Source: Iphione sp. A-MEVVRFRX5 (lineage: Eukaryota). Taken from it: a DNA stretch of 64,000 nt. The stretch lies in NCBI GenBank assembly GCA_976226885.1, contig OZ320319.1, positions 67,270,001 to 67,334,000 of the forward strand. Direction: 5' to 3'. Both the position numbers and the translations under genes were made by a program. Below are positions 1 through 12,899 of the stretch, one piece after another. Every line of letters begins with the position of its first letter. Position 1 is the first letter of the stretch. The notes below the pieces were generated by a model. The model had not been told where the DNA came from. It made no database searches and was given only the letters and a program-made list of their open reading frames with translations.

Positions 1-2118
1 AAAATGTGGATAAAGAAAGGTGCCCTGAAAAGGCACAAGGAGTCCAGGTTGGTCAGGCAGTGGCAGAAGGCGGACATTGATCAAATTCACGATGGACTAC
101 GTGCCAGTAAGCTCAGATTTGATCCGGATCCGTCTGTATGCTGGACGAATTTCGAAGAGGCTACCCGCAATATCCTTGAGGAATTGTGTCCTGCGAGGAG
201 AGTGTCCACAATATGCGACTCAGAGGGCTTTTGCCCATCAGTTGGGACGCTAGAGCTCATCAAAAAGCGTGCCTACTTCTTCAATAAGTGGAAGAAGGAG
301 CATTGTGAGGATGCCCATAGGATCTTTCAGTTTTATAATAGAAAGGTCAAAAAAGGGATCAGGATAGACCAGAAATCATATTGGAGTGACAGGTTATGAG
401 AGGCGGGAAGAGACTCTGCCAAGTTGTGGGTGGCACTGAAAGAAGCAATGGGTAAGGGAGTAACCCAAACTACATTGCCACAGGTTGATCCCCAAAATGT
501 GGAGGAGGTGCATTGCCTCGCAGTCAGGTTCAACGACTTCTTTATTGACAAAGTGTCCAAACTGGTACCGCCGCTAGGACTGCAAACAAACAGGTCATCA
601 GCTACAACTGTGCCATCTTTTGACATAGAAGTGCCACCGCCTGCTGAACTGAGACCTTATGTGGTGAAGGAGAAGATCAAAAAAGCCTCGGGGGTAAAAG
701 GGATTCCCACCAAGGTGATGAAACCACTACTTCTCTTGGTATTAGATCTGGTACACTGGATCTTTGCCCGGATAGTTGACACGGAGAACTATCTGAATGA
801 TGCCCATGTCACCCCACTCTACAAAAGAGGAGATAGGAATGTTGTAGGAAACTACAGGCCAGTGTCAATTCTCCCCTTGCCGGGGAAAATATTCGAGGCA
901 TGGTTTGTTAACACTTTGATGGAGAAACTAGAGGGCAAGGCATTGCTGAGCACACAACAACACGGCTTCCGCAAGGGCAGAAGCACCAAGACTGCGATCG
1001 CTGCAATCATGACAAAGGCAACCGAGCTGCTAAACAAGGGTGCCTACGTATGCCTCATGGCCTTTGACATGCAGAAGGCCTTTGATCTGGTGCCCGCGAG
1101 TGTTGTCATCAGAAGACTGACATCCGCGGGTGCAAATACTAAGGTCTGCAGACTTATTAGGAACTACTTCACCGACCGAACACAATTTGTGCAGGTACTG
1201 GGTGAGGATTCCAATTGAAGAGGTATCAATCATGGTGTTCCGCAAGGATCAATTTTCGGTCCAAATGCTTTTTGTATCATTATAGATGAGATATTGAAGT
1301 TCAATCTGAAGGAATGCTTCACTATCTTGTATGCGGATGACCTGACCATCTTGGTAGATGCAAGAGATCTATTGCGGTTGAGATGGTCATGCCCAACCAC
1401 CATCTATGCTGTTTCAAAGTGGTGCTCTAGTGTTGGCCTACTGTTAAGTGGCAGCAAGTGCTGTTATCTACCACTTGGAAAGGCTAGCGGAGCTGAACTC
1501 GATATCAACATCGATGGGGTGAAGATGGAAATGGCAACGAGTACGCTGATACTGGGATACACTATTGTATCCAAGCTAAGATTCACCGAGGCTGTAAAGG
1601 GGATGAAGGCTCGCATGTGGAGTGTGGCCCTAAGCATTGGGAGAAAAAAGCGTTTCCTGCCGCTGGCCTCGAGAGTGATCTTGTTCAAATCTCTGGTGTA
1701 TACACACCTGCAATACATTGCGATCCTCCTCTATGGTTGCTCCAAGTCATGTGTGTTGAAGATGCAGATTCATTTGAATCGCTGCATGAGGGTTTCATTG
1801 CAAAACAACCCGCGCCAAATGGCTAAAGCCATCTGCACCAAACACAACATTGAGAGGGTGGACACGCTACTTGCCCATCAATCTCTAGCTGTGATCCATA
1901 AACTGGTGGCTCTCGAGGCACTCCCGAGGGCAAAAAACACCAGCACTAGAAGGGGAACAACAGTAAAGATCAGTTGCGACTGGCGACGTTTGAGTCTCAA
2001 CGCTCGCAGTCTTAGGCACAAGGATGTACAAGACTGGAACGATCTGCCGTTGAACCTCAGGCAGCATCCCAAACCGAATTTCAGGGCATGGCTGCAGAGC
2101 AGGGGTGAATGCGACTAG
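1..2118 (+). mobile_element. Non-LTR retrotransposon (CR1/L2-like clade) ORF2, RT-containing part, cut by the window edge; two in-frame TGA stops
   Basis: ORFs 4..399, 424..1218 and 1294..2118 are all in one frame. They are interrupted only by TGA at 397-399 and 1216-1218. RT motifs: VTPLYKRGD..NYRPVSIL, QHGFRKGRST, FDMQKAFD, NHGVPQGSIFGP (1228-1263), YADD, C-terminal WNDLP. A possible 3' end is AATAAA + (TATC)3 at 2679-2699. Confidence 0.92.
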
Positions 2119-3937
2119 GTTAATGGAGCCAGAAGTGGCAGCGCTTTCCCCTACAGTCACACCACTGGCTATGGTTCACAACTGCAATAATCTGCAATAA
2201 AATTTTCTGGGTGGTACATGGTCCAATAGTCTTGTATTATCGCAACAGAGAGAGTGAGCAGATTAACATTCTTGGGTTATCATGGTTTATTTTTTGAATG
2301 ATGGGTAGTTCTTGCCTAAGGCGTTGTGACAGGTTCAAGACCTGTAATTATTATAACACTTGAAAGGTAACTAATACATGTACCATGGCACCGGTTTATA
2401 GGTAAACCAGCCCAACTATTGCCGCAGTGTGTGTGCGAGCTGTTTCATATGTCAGATCAAAGAACTCACCTGTATACGTCATGTGAATTGTGAATGCAGT
2501 ATGCTGATGATTGGTGATTCGTTGCAACAATACCTAACTGTATGTAAGAAGTCGTCATATGTCGCTGTATGTAATTATGTTCAATTGTTTCAAGTCAGGA
2601 TATTACTGTGTGAATGTAGACTCACGTGTTGTTCGACATAACTGTCCAAGGAAAACTTTGTAGCTTCACAGAGAGGACAATAAAGTTATCTATCTATCTC
2701 AAAACTAGGCAAGCTGCACCTGAATACATCACAGGCTTGCAAGCTTCTCTAAATTCCTTTATAATTGTACACCAAACTTAGAAGAAGGCTATTCATCAGG
2801 GCTGTTTTTCCCTCAAAACTATATTTTTCCAGGAAATTGGAAAAATATAGAGCGCCCTGGTTACCTGAAGTCACTCTTTTCTACAAAAAAGTTCTGTTGA
2901 CATGTGATTTGGATAAAAGAAACTAGAATGAGTGAGTTTAATTCAATTGTTCGTTAAATGAGAGCCAATGTTTACTAATAACTCTTAATCTAGCTAGCTT
3001 TTTAAAGACAAAATATGGAATCCGAAGAAACATTAATCCCAAAATCAACATAATGCCAGGGAATATAAATCAATCTAAGGAGAGCAACATTATATTTATG
3101 ATGCAATATGATGAAATATTTTGGAGTATGTTTCTCAGATCCTTATTCAAGCAAGCATTATCAATTTACAACTACTTACTCCTTCCACGTGTCCACCAAT
3201 GATTTCCGTATCTATGAGACACAGCATCAGGATGACTAATAATACTTGCATAAAGGTCTGTTGTGCCGGATTTTGCTACTCCTGTGTTGGTAAAAAAATA
3301 AGCAACTTCATATGAAAGAGCGAATTGTGACGAATACTCTAGGACCTCTTGGAAAATGCAAATAATGACGAGTATTTCATCCCCTCTACAAATTATGAAT
3401 ACAAAATTCACGAGAGCAATATAAGTAATGCGCTGTACTTATATTATAAATTTACTTATACGAATATAATAGTCTTTGAAATAATATTACCTGCCAAAAA
3501 AAAGTAAGGAAAACATCGTAGTTTTCGGCCTTCAATCCAGCAAGGATTTTTGTACTCTTTAACATATGGCGGTGCCTCCTGAAATGTGTTTTAAAATATG
3601 AATTCACAGACAATAAATAACGACTTCCAGTTTCTTAACATGACAAACATTTACATATGCATGTTAATTGGCGCAGTATAATATAAATATGTACATATAT
3701 ATGTCTATCAACCAACAAACGAAGGAATGGGGAAAATAGACACCTTTATTGATAAAAGCAAAAGTTTGTAAGCGAAGTGTCATTATGGAATATGATAGTC
3801 AAGGTGATGATATATGTTGCTAGGTGACAATAAAAATGCTCTGTTCATGACATATATTAATATAATTACATTATAAAAATATATATGTCTATCAACCAAC
3901 AAATGAAGGGATGGGGAAAGCAGACACCCAAACCCAA

Positions 3938-4806
3938 TCAACAAGCAAAAGATAAACCTTTCTCAGATTCAAGCATGTTGTAGAAGTCTGCATCAATATA
4001 CTTGTACGCACAAGACATTTTCCAGTTCCCCCTTAACTTGATTAGTGAAATATTCACACCTCTACTAATCAAAAATGTTGTTCCACCTCTCCTTAAGGAG
4101 TGAGAAGAGACTCTACCTCTGATTTTGAGATTAACACAGATACTCTTCAATTTAACCATAAATTCTTTGTGGACTAGCCTACAACACTTGCCGTTCTTTA
4201 TATAAGAGAAAACAGCTTGGCTCTCCTTGAAACAATACCTACTTTTAAGCAGCTTGAGCCAAGATACTACCCAAAATTGGAAATCATCAACATACATCAA
4301 AGGCAAGGAAAAGGAATCTCGGTCAGATTTAACCATTTTACCTCTACTAACACTGATCATGGCACCATAATTAGTGAATGTCACCTCCTCCTAAACTATG
4401 CTGCTGTTTGAGGCATATATCTCCTTTCTAAATAAACATCAAAATGCCAAGAGGCAGGCCACCCAAAATACTAAATCTGTATCTTTTTCAAGATGTAAAC
4501 ATTCAAAAATCCTCCTCATATCATACAAACTAAAAGCATATATGCCCTTTTAGGTGCCTGATCACAACACTTTTTCAAACCCACCATCACTTGGCTCACA
4601 CCAAAATCATGGATATTTGGGGGTTCACATGAAAAAATCCTGCTCGAATGAACAAGACCAGAAAGATAATTTTTCATTGAACTAAAACATAAGGATCCAC
4701 CCAGATAGGCCAAGTAAAGTCCTGCCTGGTAGTTACTACAGGAAAAACCATCCCGATGATAATAACTGCAAAAGTCATTATACTTTTTAGCTGCAACTCT
4801 CTGCAT
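3938..4806 (-). pseudogene. Tyrosine recombinase of the Ngaro/DIRS element (frameshifted)
   Basis: N-terminal SAM-like part at 4806-4516 (YLAYL..SMKNYLSGL). Catalytic part with HSLRRGG and GNW..AY..Y at 4384-3938. Confidence 0.85.
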
Positions 4807-5010
4807 TTGTTGGTGTTTGATGAAGTTTCTTTCAAGTTGTCCATCTCTCTCCTTACTTCTTTAGCTCTCCTGAAACCAGATAGAATCAAATTTTTGCAAC
4901 ATGCCTTTTCTGTCCAGAGGTCATCATACAATCTTGACAATTGACCATTCTCATTAATTCTAGACAGTACATCTGCAATGACATTATTCGTAGTAGTAAT
5001 ATACTCAGCT

Positions 5011-5922
5011 CTAGCATAGATGTTCATGAAAACACATCCAAAAAATTTCACGTAACCAAATCATACACCAACGATTACTACTCCTCCCTGTATGTAGCAT
5101 ATACATTACACTCATATTATCTACATGCAAGAGTACCATCTGATCTTTCAACTTATATGACCATCTCTTCAGGGCTACTAGTGTGGCCCATAATTTTAAT
5201 ACATTAATATGATTTTCATAATGGTTGAAACAAGGTTTATTTTCTCTGTGATGGCCCAAACATTCCAACTCACTCACCATCCTCCAGCCATCTGCCACAA
5301 AATCAGCCACATCCAAACCAACCACCAAACCCCTCCATGCTAGAATCAGTGGTAATCACCACTTCCACAAATTTCGTTTTAATAATTTTCTTCCTCCCAT
5401 TCAATGAGTCAATAAAATTTGACCACCACTTCAAGTCATCTAGCACAGGCTCACTGATTTTAAGCTTCTTCTTTTGCTCACCACGTTTCTTGAGCTCCTC
5501 ATACAACCTCCTTGAGTACGCTCTTCCTCCTTTTACTACTGTTGAACAATATGATAATGACCCTGCTAGGCTCTCTAGCTCCTTCTTACTGAAACTCCCT
5601 TTATTTACGGCCTGTTTTGTTTCCTTTACCTCGGCCGCCTTGCCCTCTGGCAATGTCAACTGCATCTCCGTAGAATCAATGATGATTCCAAGAAATTTAC
5701 AACGCTTCGAGGGCTCGCTATATTTGTCAAGTGACATATCAAAATGAATACAGCTACTTCCTTCAAAATATCCTGGTACACATGGCAAGTAATCTCGTCA
5801 CAACTGTCATTACCAATATTATTGCATGGACTATCACTCACAAAACCAGTCTTACCAGAGACAATAAAGCAGTTCTCCTCCAAGGAAAAATCAATTGACT
5901 CATATTTCTCCTCATAGTCCAT
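5011..5922 (-). pseudogene. Truncated, frameshifted RT thumb/RNase H of the Ngaro/DIRS element
   Basis: FLGIIIDS, LESLAGSLSY, LKWW, TDSS, HINVLKL and DNMSV are spread over three frames. The RT palm (YxDD) is absent. Confidence 0.85.
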
Positions 5923-5959
5923 CCTTGTGTCAGTGCCGTTCTCTAGTCAATCCTTTTTT

Positions 5960-6775
5960 TTACATGCTTTTCGCTTTTGATGAGTCGCCACCTGACAACT
6001 TATTCAAATAACACTTGTCTTTATAATGCCCCACCTTCTGGCAACTCTGACAAACATGACAAAAATGACAAGAGGTGTCGTCACAGTTGCCATTATTGAA
6101 CTTAAACCAGATGCCCTGGCTCTTCTTGGTCTTTTTCTTCAGATCTCTCTGCCTAGCCACATCAACTGTGGCATCAAGATTACGAAATCTATGGACATTG
6201 ATGGTGCCCCCATAGGAGAATGATCCAAGACCATCCTCTTTCACCTCCCGCCTCACCTCCTTATCATATGAGATGAGAGAATCTCCAGTGTAGATCTTCA
6301 TTGAACCACAATCAGCCAGAAAGCTGATATGATTGATGTAGCCCACTATATCTTTTCCTCTCTGGACGATCTTCATGAGAAGACCTTTAGACCCCACCAT
6401 AAGGTCTTCGAAGGACTCGACCTTCCCACCCTTGACATAAGCAGAAATGGCAAATTTCCTGCTTTTACCTTTGCTTGTCCTCTTTTTCCTTACATGGCTG
6501 GACCCCTCATCATTGTCAGAGGAGCAACTCTCCTCATCTGAACTTGAACAGCTCACTTCATCATCGTCAGAAGTCCCATTGCCTTGGGGCTGCTTGCTAG
6601 CCATCAGGACTTGCAACATATTTTCTACCTTCTCGAACCGCTTGTCAAACTCAGACTTCTGAGAAAATAACTCATCAGCTGACTCGATCTCCTCAGGAAC
6701 ACCATTTCCTTGGGTACAATTCTTCCCAACTGGTGAGACATGCTTAATCTGGCACTTTTTGCAGTACTTCTCCAT
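5960..6775 (-). CDS. gag-like ORF1 of the Ngaro/DIRS element
   Basis: 271-aa open frame starting just inside repeat A1. It has an N-terminal CxxC..H..C motif, an acidic Ser-rich linker and a C-terminal C-x4-C..H-x-C-xx-C..GH..C knuckle. Confidence 0.8.
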   Translation of the reverse strand: MEKYCKKCQIKHVSPVGKNCTQGNGVPEEIESADELFSQKSEFDKRFEKVENMLQVLMASKQPQGNGTSDDDEVSCSSSDEESCSSDNDEGSSHVRKKRTSKGKSRKFAISAYVKGGKVESFEDLMVGSKGLLMKIVQRGKDIVGYINHISFLADCGSMKIYTGDSLISYDKEVRREVKEDGLGSFSYGGTINVHRFRNLDATVDVARQRDLKKKTKKSQGIWFKFNNGNCDDTSCHFCHVCQSCQKVGHYKDKCYLNKLSGGDSSKAKSM

Positions 6776-8599
6776 AGCAAATTGAAAAGATGTCTGCCTG
6801 CTCCAAAATTTGTATGCAAAGCGTTGTTATGGAATATGATAATCAAGGTGATGGTATATGTAGCTAGGTGACAATAACAATGCTCTGTTTACGACATATA
6901 TTGATATAATTACATTATATAAATATATATCATTTGCCAATCGAACAATATTGGGTTTGATGCTCACCCATTATAGGGACTTTATTCATTGTCTATAAGG
7001 CAACCATCCCTCCTGCATGCCACGTTGTATTTTTATAAGGTTTAAAAGTAATATTGTTTCTGACTACAGTGGATGAAATGATATGCAATTTCAAACTTTC
7101 TTCAACCTTTTGTGTGTCCCACTTTCACATTGAGGTCCTAGCACTTTACGTATCTGCAATGCTGTAGAAACATTGTTTAAATGGAAAGATGAATTGACTG
7201 GTTTTCATTGCTTTTTTGTAAGGCATGAATAGTGCCAGCATAACTGGTCAAGGTGTTACACATGAAAACAGCTACTTTGCTGTCCAAATCACATTTTCAC
7301 GTGATTAAACTCAATAGGTTGGTAACGTGTGCTTCTTGGATATAAGCCTTTTGTAGTTTCAGCCGGTGAAGGATCCAGCTCAGAAAAATACAACATTCCA
7401 TTGAAAAGTTTCGATCAGAAACAACTGAAAATTAGTTCCAATCGAAAGAAATATTAACAATTTCAGCAAAGTGACCCCCCATACTACCATGAGTGAATAA
7501 GGATAGCAGGCTGGCTGCAGAGGAAAACGAAACAGAAAAACCTTTTGATTTTTTCTCTGTTTTCTCCACATTATGTTTATTGCCAACACTAATTGAGTAT
7601 AATAACAAAATGTGCAGCCAGGAGATGAGTGAACCTGAAAAATATGAAATATAGTGGACAAAAGGATCAAAGCACTACATTCGAAATTTCATTGCATTAG
7701 GCCTCTTGATTAGAATCATCTAAAGCGCATGGATAAAATACTACTCGTGTCAAATGTAATGTATTAGAACGTCATTCATAGCAAAACTCATGTCAGCATC
7801 GTCTCACATAGACTTTGAGATACGTTTGTTATATATTCAATTTTACACTTTTATGTACTTTTGTCATAACACATCAGTTACCAATTATTTGTATTGAATT
7901 TGTATGACACTGCTTGTAATAGATGATTTTAGAGGTACATACATTTCGGAATGTGAACAAAGAACCCCCTGAAAACCAGCAAATTAAAAGAATTGTGTAA
8001 AATTTACAGACAACTTTACAACTTAAGTCGCTGATATATATTATACCTCTGTTCCATTATTCTCCAAACTATTTAATCTTATAGCTTGGAAAGAGCAGAT
8101 ATGATCTCCGCAGTGATGTAAAAGTCAAGAAACCTGTATTCTTGAACAGCAAGGTTCAAGCAGATATATTACAAAAATGACAGCTTTATATTGTTCATTT
8201 GGACCAAAGAAAATTGTTAAGATCCTGTCAACCATCCATGGATCAGAGTCAGGTCAAGTGTCTAGGAATGTGAGAAATGCTGCTCCTGTCAAGTGTAAAT
8301 GCATGCAAATAACGTCATGCTTATATGGTCACTTACACTAATATTATGGGAGTAGTTGACCTCACTCTTGCTTAAGCCTTGGAAGAAAGAGAATAAACAA
8401 ACCTATCAAAATCCTTTAGCACATGCTTGACTTGTTGCAATTAAATGCTCAAACCCTATCATTTTGTAGCAGAGAAACATGTTTATCTTTGAGTTTTTAC
8501 TGGTTATCAAAGCTCAACTCAATTAAACACTCGACCCCAGCACTATATCCAAGTCAGTAAGATATCATCTGTTAACTGGAATTGATGTATGCCTCTGAC

Positions 8600-9420
8600 A
8601 CACGGGTGCAGACAGTCATACTTACACGTATGTTTTCACAAATGCAAATATTCTACAGGCACAAGCAAACTGATACTGGTATACAGGTGTATAAACATAC
8701 ACATACACAGCCACATTTCATGTTTAATGTATTCCTTGTGTTTACGCAGGTATGTGTGTAAGGATGGGTGTGTCAGTATGTGTGAGGTTATGCATATTGG
8801 TGCATGTATGAGTATGTGCATGTGCAGCTGGGTTTATCTCTGTGAATGTATGTGTGTTAGTTGGTGTGGGTGTATGCGAGTGGGTATGTTTGTAATGATG
8901 GCTGGATGTGGGAAGTAGTGTGTGTATGCATGCGTTGGTGTCTCTAAGTGTGTGCTATATGTCAGTGTCGGTGCGCGTGTATGGATGTCTATGTGCGGGC
9001 ATGTTCATGTGGATATGGATTTGCATATGTGTTGTTGTATGGGGTATGTGCACATATGTATGTAGTTTATGTGTGGGGTTGCATCTGAGGGCATGAGTGT
9101 GTGCAAATGTATGCGGTTGTGAGTGTGAATGTGTGTGTAGATGTGTACGGTGGGTATGTGCATATGTGGGTGTGGATGTGGGTAGCAAAGAAATTATATG
9201 TGATGGTTTGTGGACATGTTTTGATGTATAGGCGTGTGGTTGTGTGTTCCTGGGTGTTGGCGTGTGTATGTGTGGAATGTGTGTAATCTTCGTGTGTGGG
9301 TGGTCTGTATTCATTATGCAGATTGTGTGTGCCTTGTTTGTGCTCTGTGTAATGGGGTTGCGCGTGTTAGTTGTGGGTATGCGGCGTGGTGTGAGTGCTT
9401 TGTGTCTGTGAGGCAAACTG
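8600..9420. repeat. Long degenerate (GT/AT)n purine-pyrimidine low-complexity tract
   Basis: About 800 bp dominated by TGTG/TATG/GTGT. It produces spurious His/Thr/Pro- and Val/Cys-rich ORFs. Confidence 0.9.
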
Positions 9421-10966
9421 GCCAGTTCCCGTTAGTAACCATATAGATTTCATACTCAGTCTGTACCACCTGACATGTAGAAATAGGTTTGTGCATGATA
9501 TTATGTCTATGCCGAATCCAGACAGCAAAAATGTACACGGAAAGGTTACCTTATCTGTCTGAGTCTGAGACTGTTTCATCATTTCCCTTCTCTTGTTACA
9601 CCAATGGCTGACTAAAGAAATAATTTCTTAACGTTTCATCATCATGCTCCACTGTCAGTGAGTCTTCTTCATGGTATTTTTTTCTGGAGAACAACTTTCA
9701 TTTCACGTTTTCCTGGTTTTAATAAAAGGCACCCTTTCCTAAGACAAAGTTTGAGCTATCATTTATGCATGTATATTGAGCAATGCCGACGCTCTGACAC
9801 AAAGGGTCATCTTCCATTTGTTCTGATGTTGATATAGGTGAAATAGTCGTCAGGCCTTGGATTCAGAATAATTCGAAATACCATATGCGGGAAAGGGTTT
9901 GAGAACAGAGGTGCTGGTGGGGGTCAGGTACTGACCCCGGACCTTGATGTGGGTAATGTTAAACACCCAATGCGTACCATCTGCCGTCTGGTCAGTAAGT
10001 GACTTAGTCCGACCTAGTTACGGTCTTGTTGGCATGGCAACGAAACGTTCAGGGGAAGCTGAGGTCAGAGGTCGTGTTTCATACACAGACTATTCCCAGT
10101 TGAATGCAATGTTAGGGGTTTTCGCTAAACCCCTGTAACTCTATAATAATTATTCCATCTCCATTTTACTGGCATGGCCCGGGAGAAATGGGCACACTGC
10201 AAACCACATTGCTAATACGTGAATGAAGAAAAGGCTTGCAAGAACCGAAGAAAGGATCAATTAAATATATATATAAACACCCAGCGATTACAAAATTAAT
10301 ACAAAACCGCTTTCAGCCATGACACGCCTATTATGTGACCCGTATATGATCAGCCATTATCTTCATTTGTGATCAATTGAGTTCAGTTATTGTCCCACAG
10401 GTTCGTCCGAAACAGAAATAAAACACATGTACCATTCAGGTTTTTCGGGTGCGTAAAATATGTATACCAGGAAAAACCACCTAAGACATCCAATATACAT
10501 GCATATGGACGATGCTGCAAACTTCTAATCCTTCAAGGACATGAAGGATGTACCAGTGCCAGACCGTGCACTTGATCACACCCCTCAGGCTCGCCATAAG
10601 CCTGTTCAAGTATCCAAGTTTAACTTTCTACCTATATCCTCCACCTGCCTATCAATCGTGATCAAGCCATATTTAAGAATTCGTTTCATTTTGACGCAGA
10701 AAATAAACGTAATTTTTACAAAAAAATTATTGTGACAATGCAACACCATTCCAATGGCCAATCATTCATGGACAAATTGAAACATCGCCACAAAGTGCAT
10801 ACTTCCTAATGCTGGACTTTCCATGGCCGGTGAACTTGGTATCGTGTACACACACACATCAATTGATGTAAGAATCAGACAAATTGACTCCAAAGTGACG
10901 CGGAAATGCAATGCTGTATTGAGCGTTGGCCTTTTGCATCTCTGGCCTCGGTCGCTGACAGGCATC

Positions 10967-11280
10967 TTAGGCCATGTTTACATGCATCCTGATGAAATAT
11001 TATGTCTCCATGTGTGAGAGTGGAAAAAAAACCTACAGAGATCATTGTTAATTGCCTTCATATGATTCACCGATGTATTTTACAATTGGCTCCTATGGAA
11101 TCTGTGTCCGGGTGCAGAGAAAACCCATCCCAGATGGTTTGACATCCGCACCCACATGTGGACATGGAAAAATCTGCCTATATGTGAATGGGTATATCAG
11201 AAAGGCAGGGCTGGGAGAAATTCTGTGCCCCCATGCAGGTGCAGAGCGGAAAAATCCAGCTGTATGTGAACAGTGCCTTA
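10967..11280. mobile_element. ~310-bp PIF/Harbinger-like MITE, copy 1
   Basis: Imperfect TIRs TAGGCCATGTTTACATGCATCCTGAT and rc TAAGGCACTGTTCACATACAGCTGGAT, with TTA/TA flanks. The interior (11079-11177) is similar to 13776-13874. Confidence 0.7.
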
Positions 11281-12899
11281 GTTTCAAGCAGTTCTGTTAT
11301 TTCCAGTGGGAAGGCGCTAAAGCTCGGTACAACAAAATCAATCGGCAGCCTAGAGAAAATGACACTCATAGGCCCGACTTTAAGCAACCCTCAGAAATTA
11401 ATAACTATATGTTCATTCACAATAATCCAATAATTAGTGCTAAGTGTCTGAGCGTTCAGGGAAAAGTGTGTGGAAAAATAACCGACAACCTAGCTATTAT
11501 ACACAACTAGGTTCATATATTTCTGTCGTTGTACTTGTTATATCTCCTCTATTTCCATCCCTCTGAGAGCTAGCATAGTTAGCAAATTCCCGTGACATAA
11601 TTCTGTGTACTGGTGTCAACAATAGTTCAGGACACTTTAGACTGTTAGTTCCTGAAACCAAGCCAGGAACAGAACTGCAGACCACCTCTGGGTCATCCAT
11701 GTGAGCAACCCTGACATGATAAGCAATCCAAACGTCCATAGCCATATGTTATGCCTTTGCGCAAGGCCTCATGAGCTCATGTGCCTATGCTGTCATCATG
11801 CTCTCACGGTCTCTGATATCAAGTATGACTCTGTCAAGGACTAATGTAATCATCTGGGAGAGAGAGGGCTACATAAGGAACAACCCCCCTGATATGACGG
11901 ACACACTCTTTAACAGAGCAGAGCACATTGCATTGGCTTGGGCTATATCAAAGAACAGACTTATAACAGCAATGAAGAACTGTCTCCATACTCTCTCTAT
12001 AAACTGTCTCCATAAACTGCCACCAGCCAGTGGGTTACAAATGTGTACTAAAAGAGGTGCTCTGGGAGTTAGTGTACTATCTGTAACTCCCTAGGAAATG
12101 AAGGTTACAAACTTCCATACCTCTGACTTTTATTTCACACTACCACAACAGTTGTGATAGAGGGATATTCATACCTCCATTGTGTTAGTGCATTTGCATT
12201 TCCATTGTATTTGCATTATATGTTTTTTGGACAATGCTTATAAATTTCACAAATGCTTGCCAAGACATAAGTACGAGACAGTAGATAGCATTTGGAGCAG
12301 GCTAGAACATGTATGCACATGTGGTAAAAGACTCTTGTTAGATTGTAGGTGCACATTTCCATCAATTTCATGACTTATTTTTCTCAGTTGTGTATTCTTT
12401 TATTTATGTTTCTGTGTGATTTTGTAATGAGTTGTTTACTCTGCTGTATATTTCTTTCAAGAATATCTATCTATATGCGATACAATCATGCAATAGAGTT
12501 ATACAACACATTGACAAAAGCAGGGCTGAGCACCCAAGAAAACTTGTCACGGCTTTTAATGTCCCTGTCGCAAAAGAAATATTATTTAAGCACTGAACCA
12601 ATGAGGAGCAAAAGAAAGTTGTAGCATTTTGTGACACCTATGTCATACGGTTTTTTTTTTAGCGAAATGCGATGGGTAACCCAGACCTAAAAAGCAAAGG
12701 GACACCCGCCCTCCCCTGCATGTGTATCTATTATTCGTCACACCACAGGTGATTTTCAAACAACCTAAACGCAAACACAACATAATGATGTAAGTATAGA
12801 AACAGGCTCGCATACTTCTTTACATTTACTTTGATTTTGAACTCATGACACCAGGTGTATAATCGTTTGCAAGTTATCGTCCATTCTCTTTAGAGCTTC

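Larger units (their letters stand above)
3695..6930 (-). mobile_element. DIRS-order tyrosine-recombinase retrotransposon of Ngaro/PAT type (A1-gag-RT/RH-YR-B1-A2-B2), internally deleted and decayed
   Basis: gag-like ORF 6775-5960 with Cys/His knuckles. RT C-terminus FLGIIIDS and RNase H TDSS/HINVLKL/DNMSV lie at 5788-5011. YR motifs SSHSLRRGGTT and GNWK..AYKY lie at 4806-3938. Split direct repeats: A 6804-6930 matches 3759-3886; B 3879-3929 matches 3695-3744. Confidence 0.92.

Noticed and set aside
397-1218. Alternative genetic code (TGA=Trp) or organellar/bacterial origin
   Set aside because: TGG is used for Trp throughout, and the window contains standard spliceosomal genes.
8589-9582. His/Thr/Pro-rich and Val/Cys-rich ORFs
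   Set aside because: These are translation artefacts of the GT-rich low-complexity tract.
11497-12094. Possible transposase remnant (IERVWRQF) and an 82-aa ORF
   Set aside because: A single short motif that overlaps a local duplication, with no second supporting motif.
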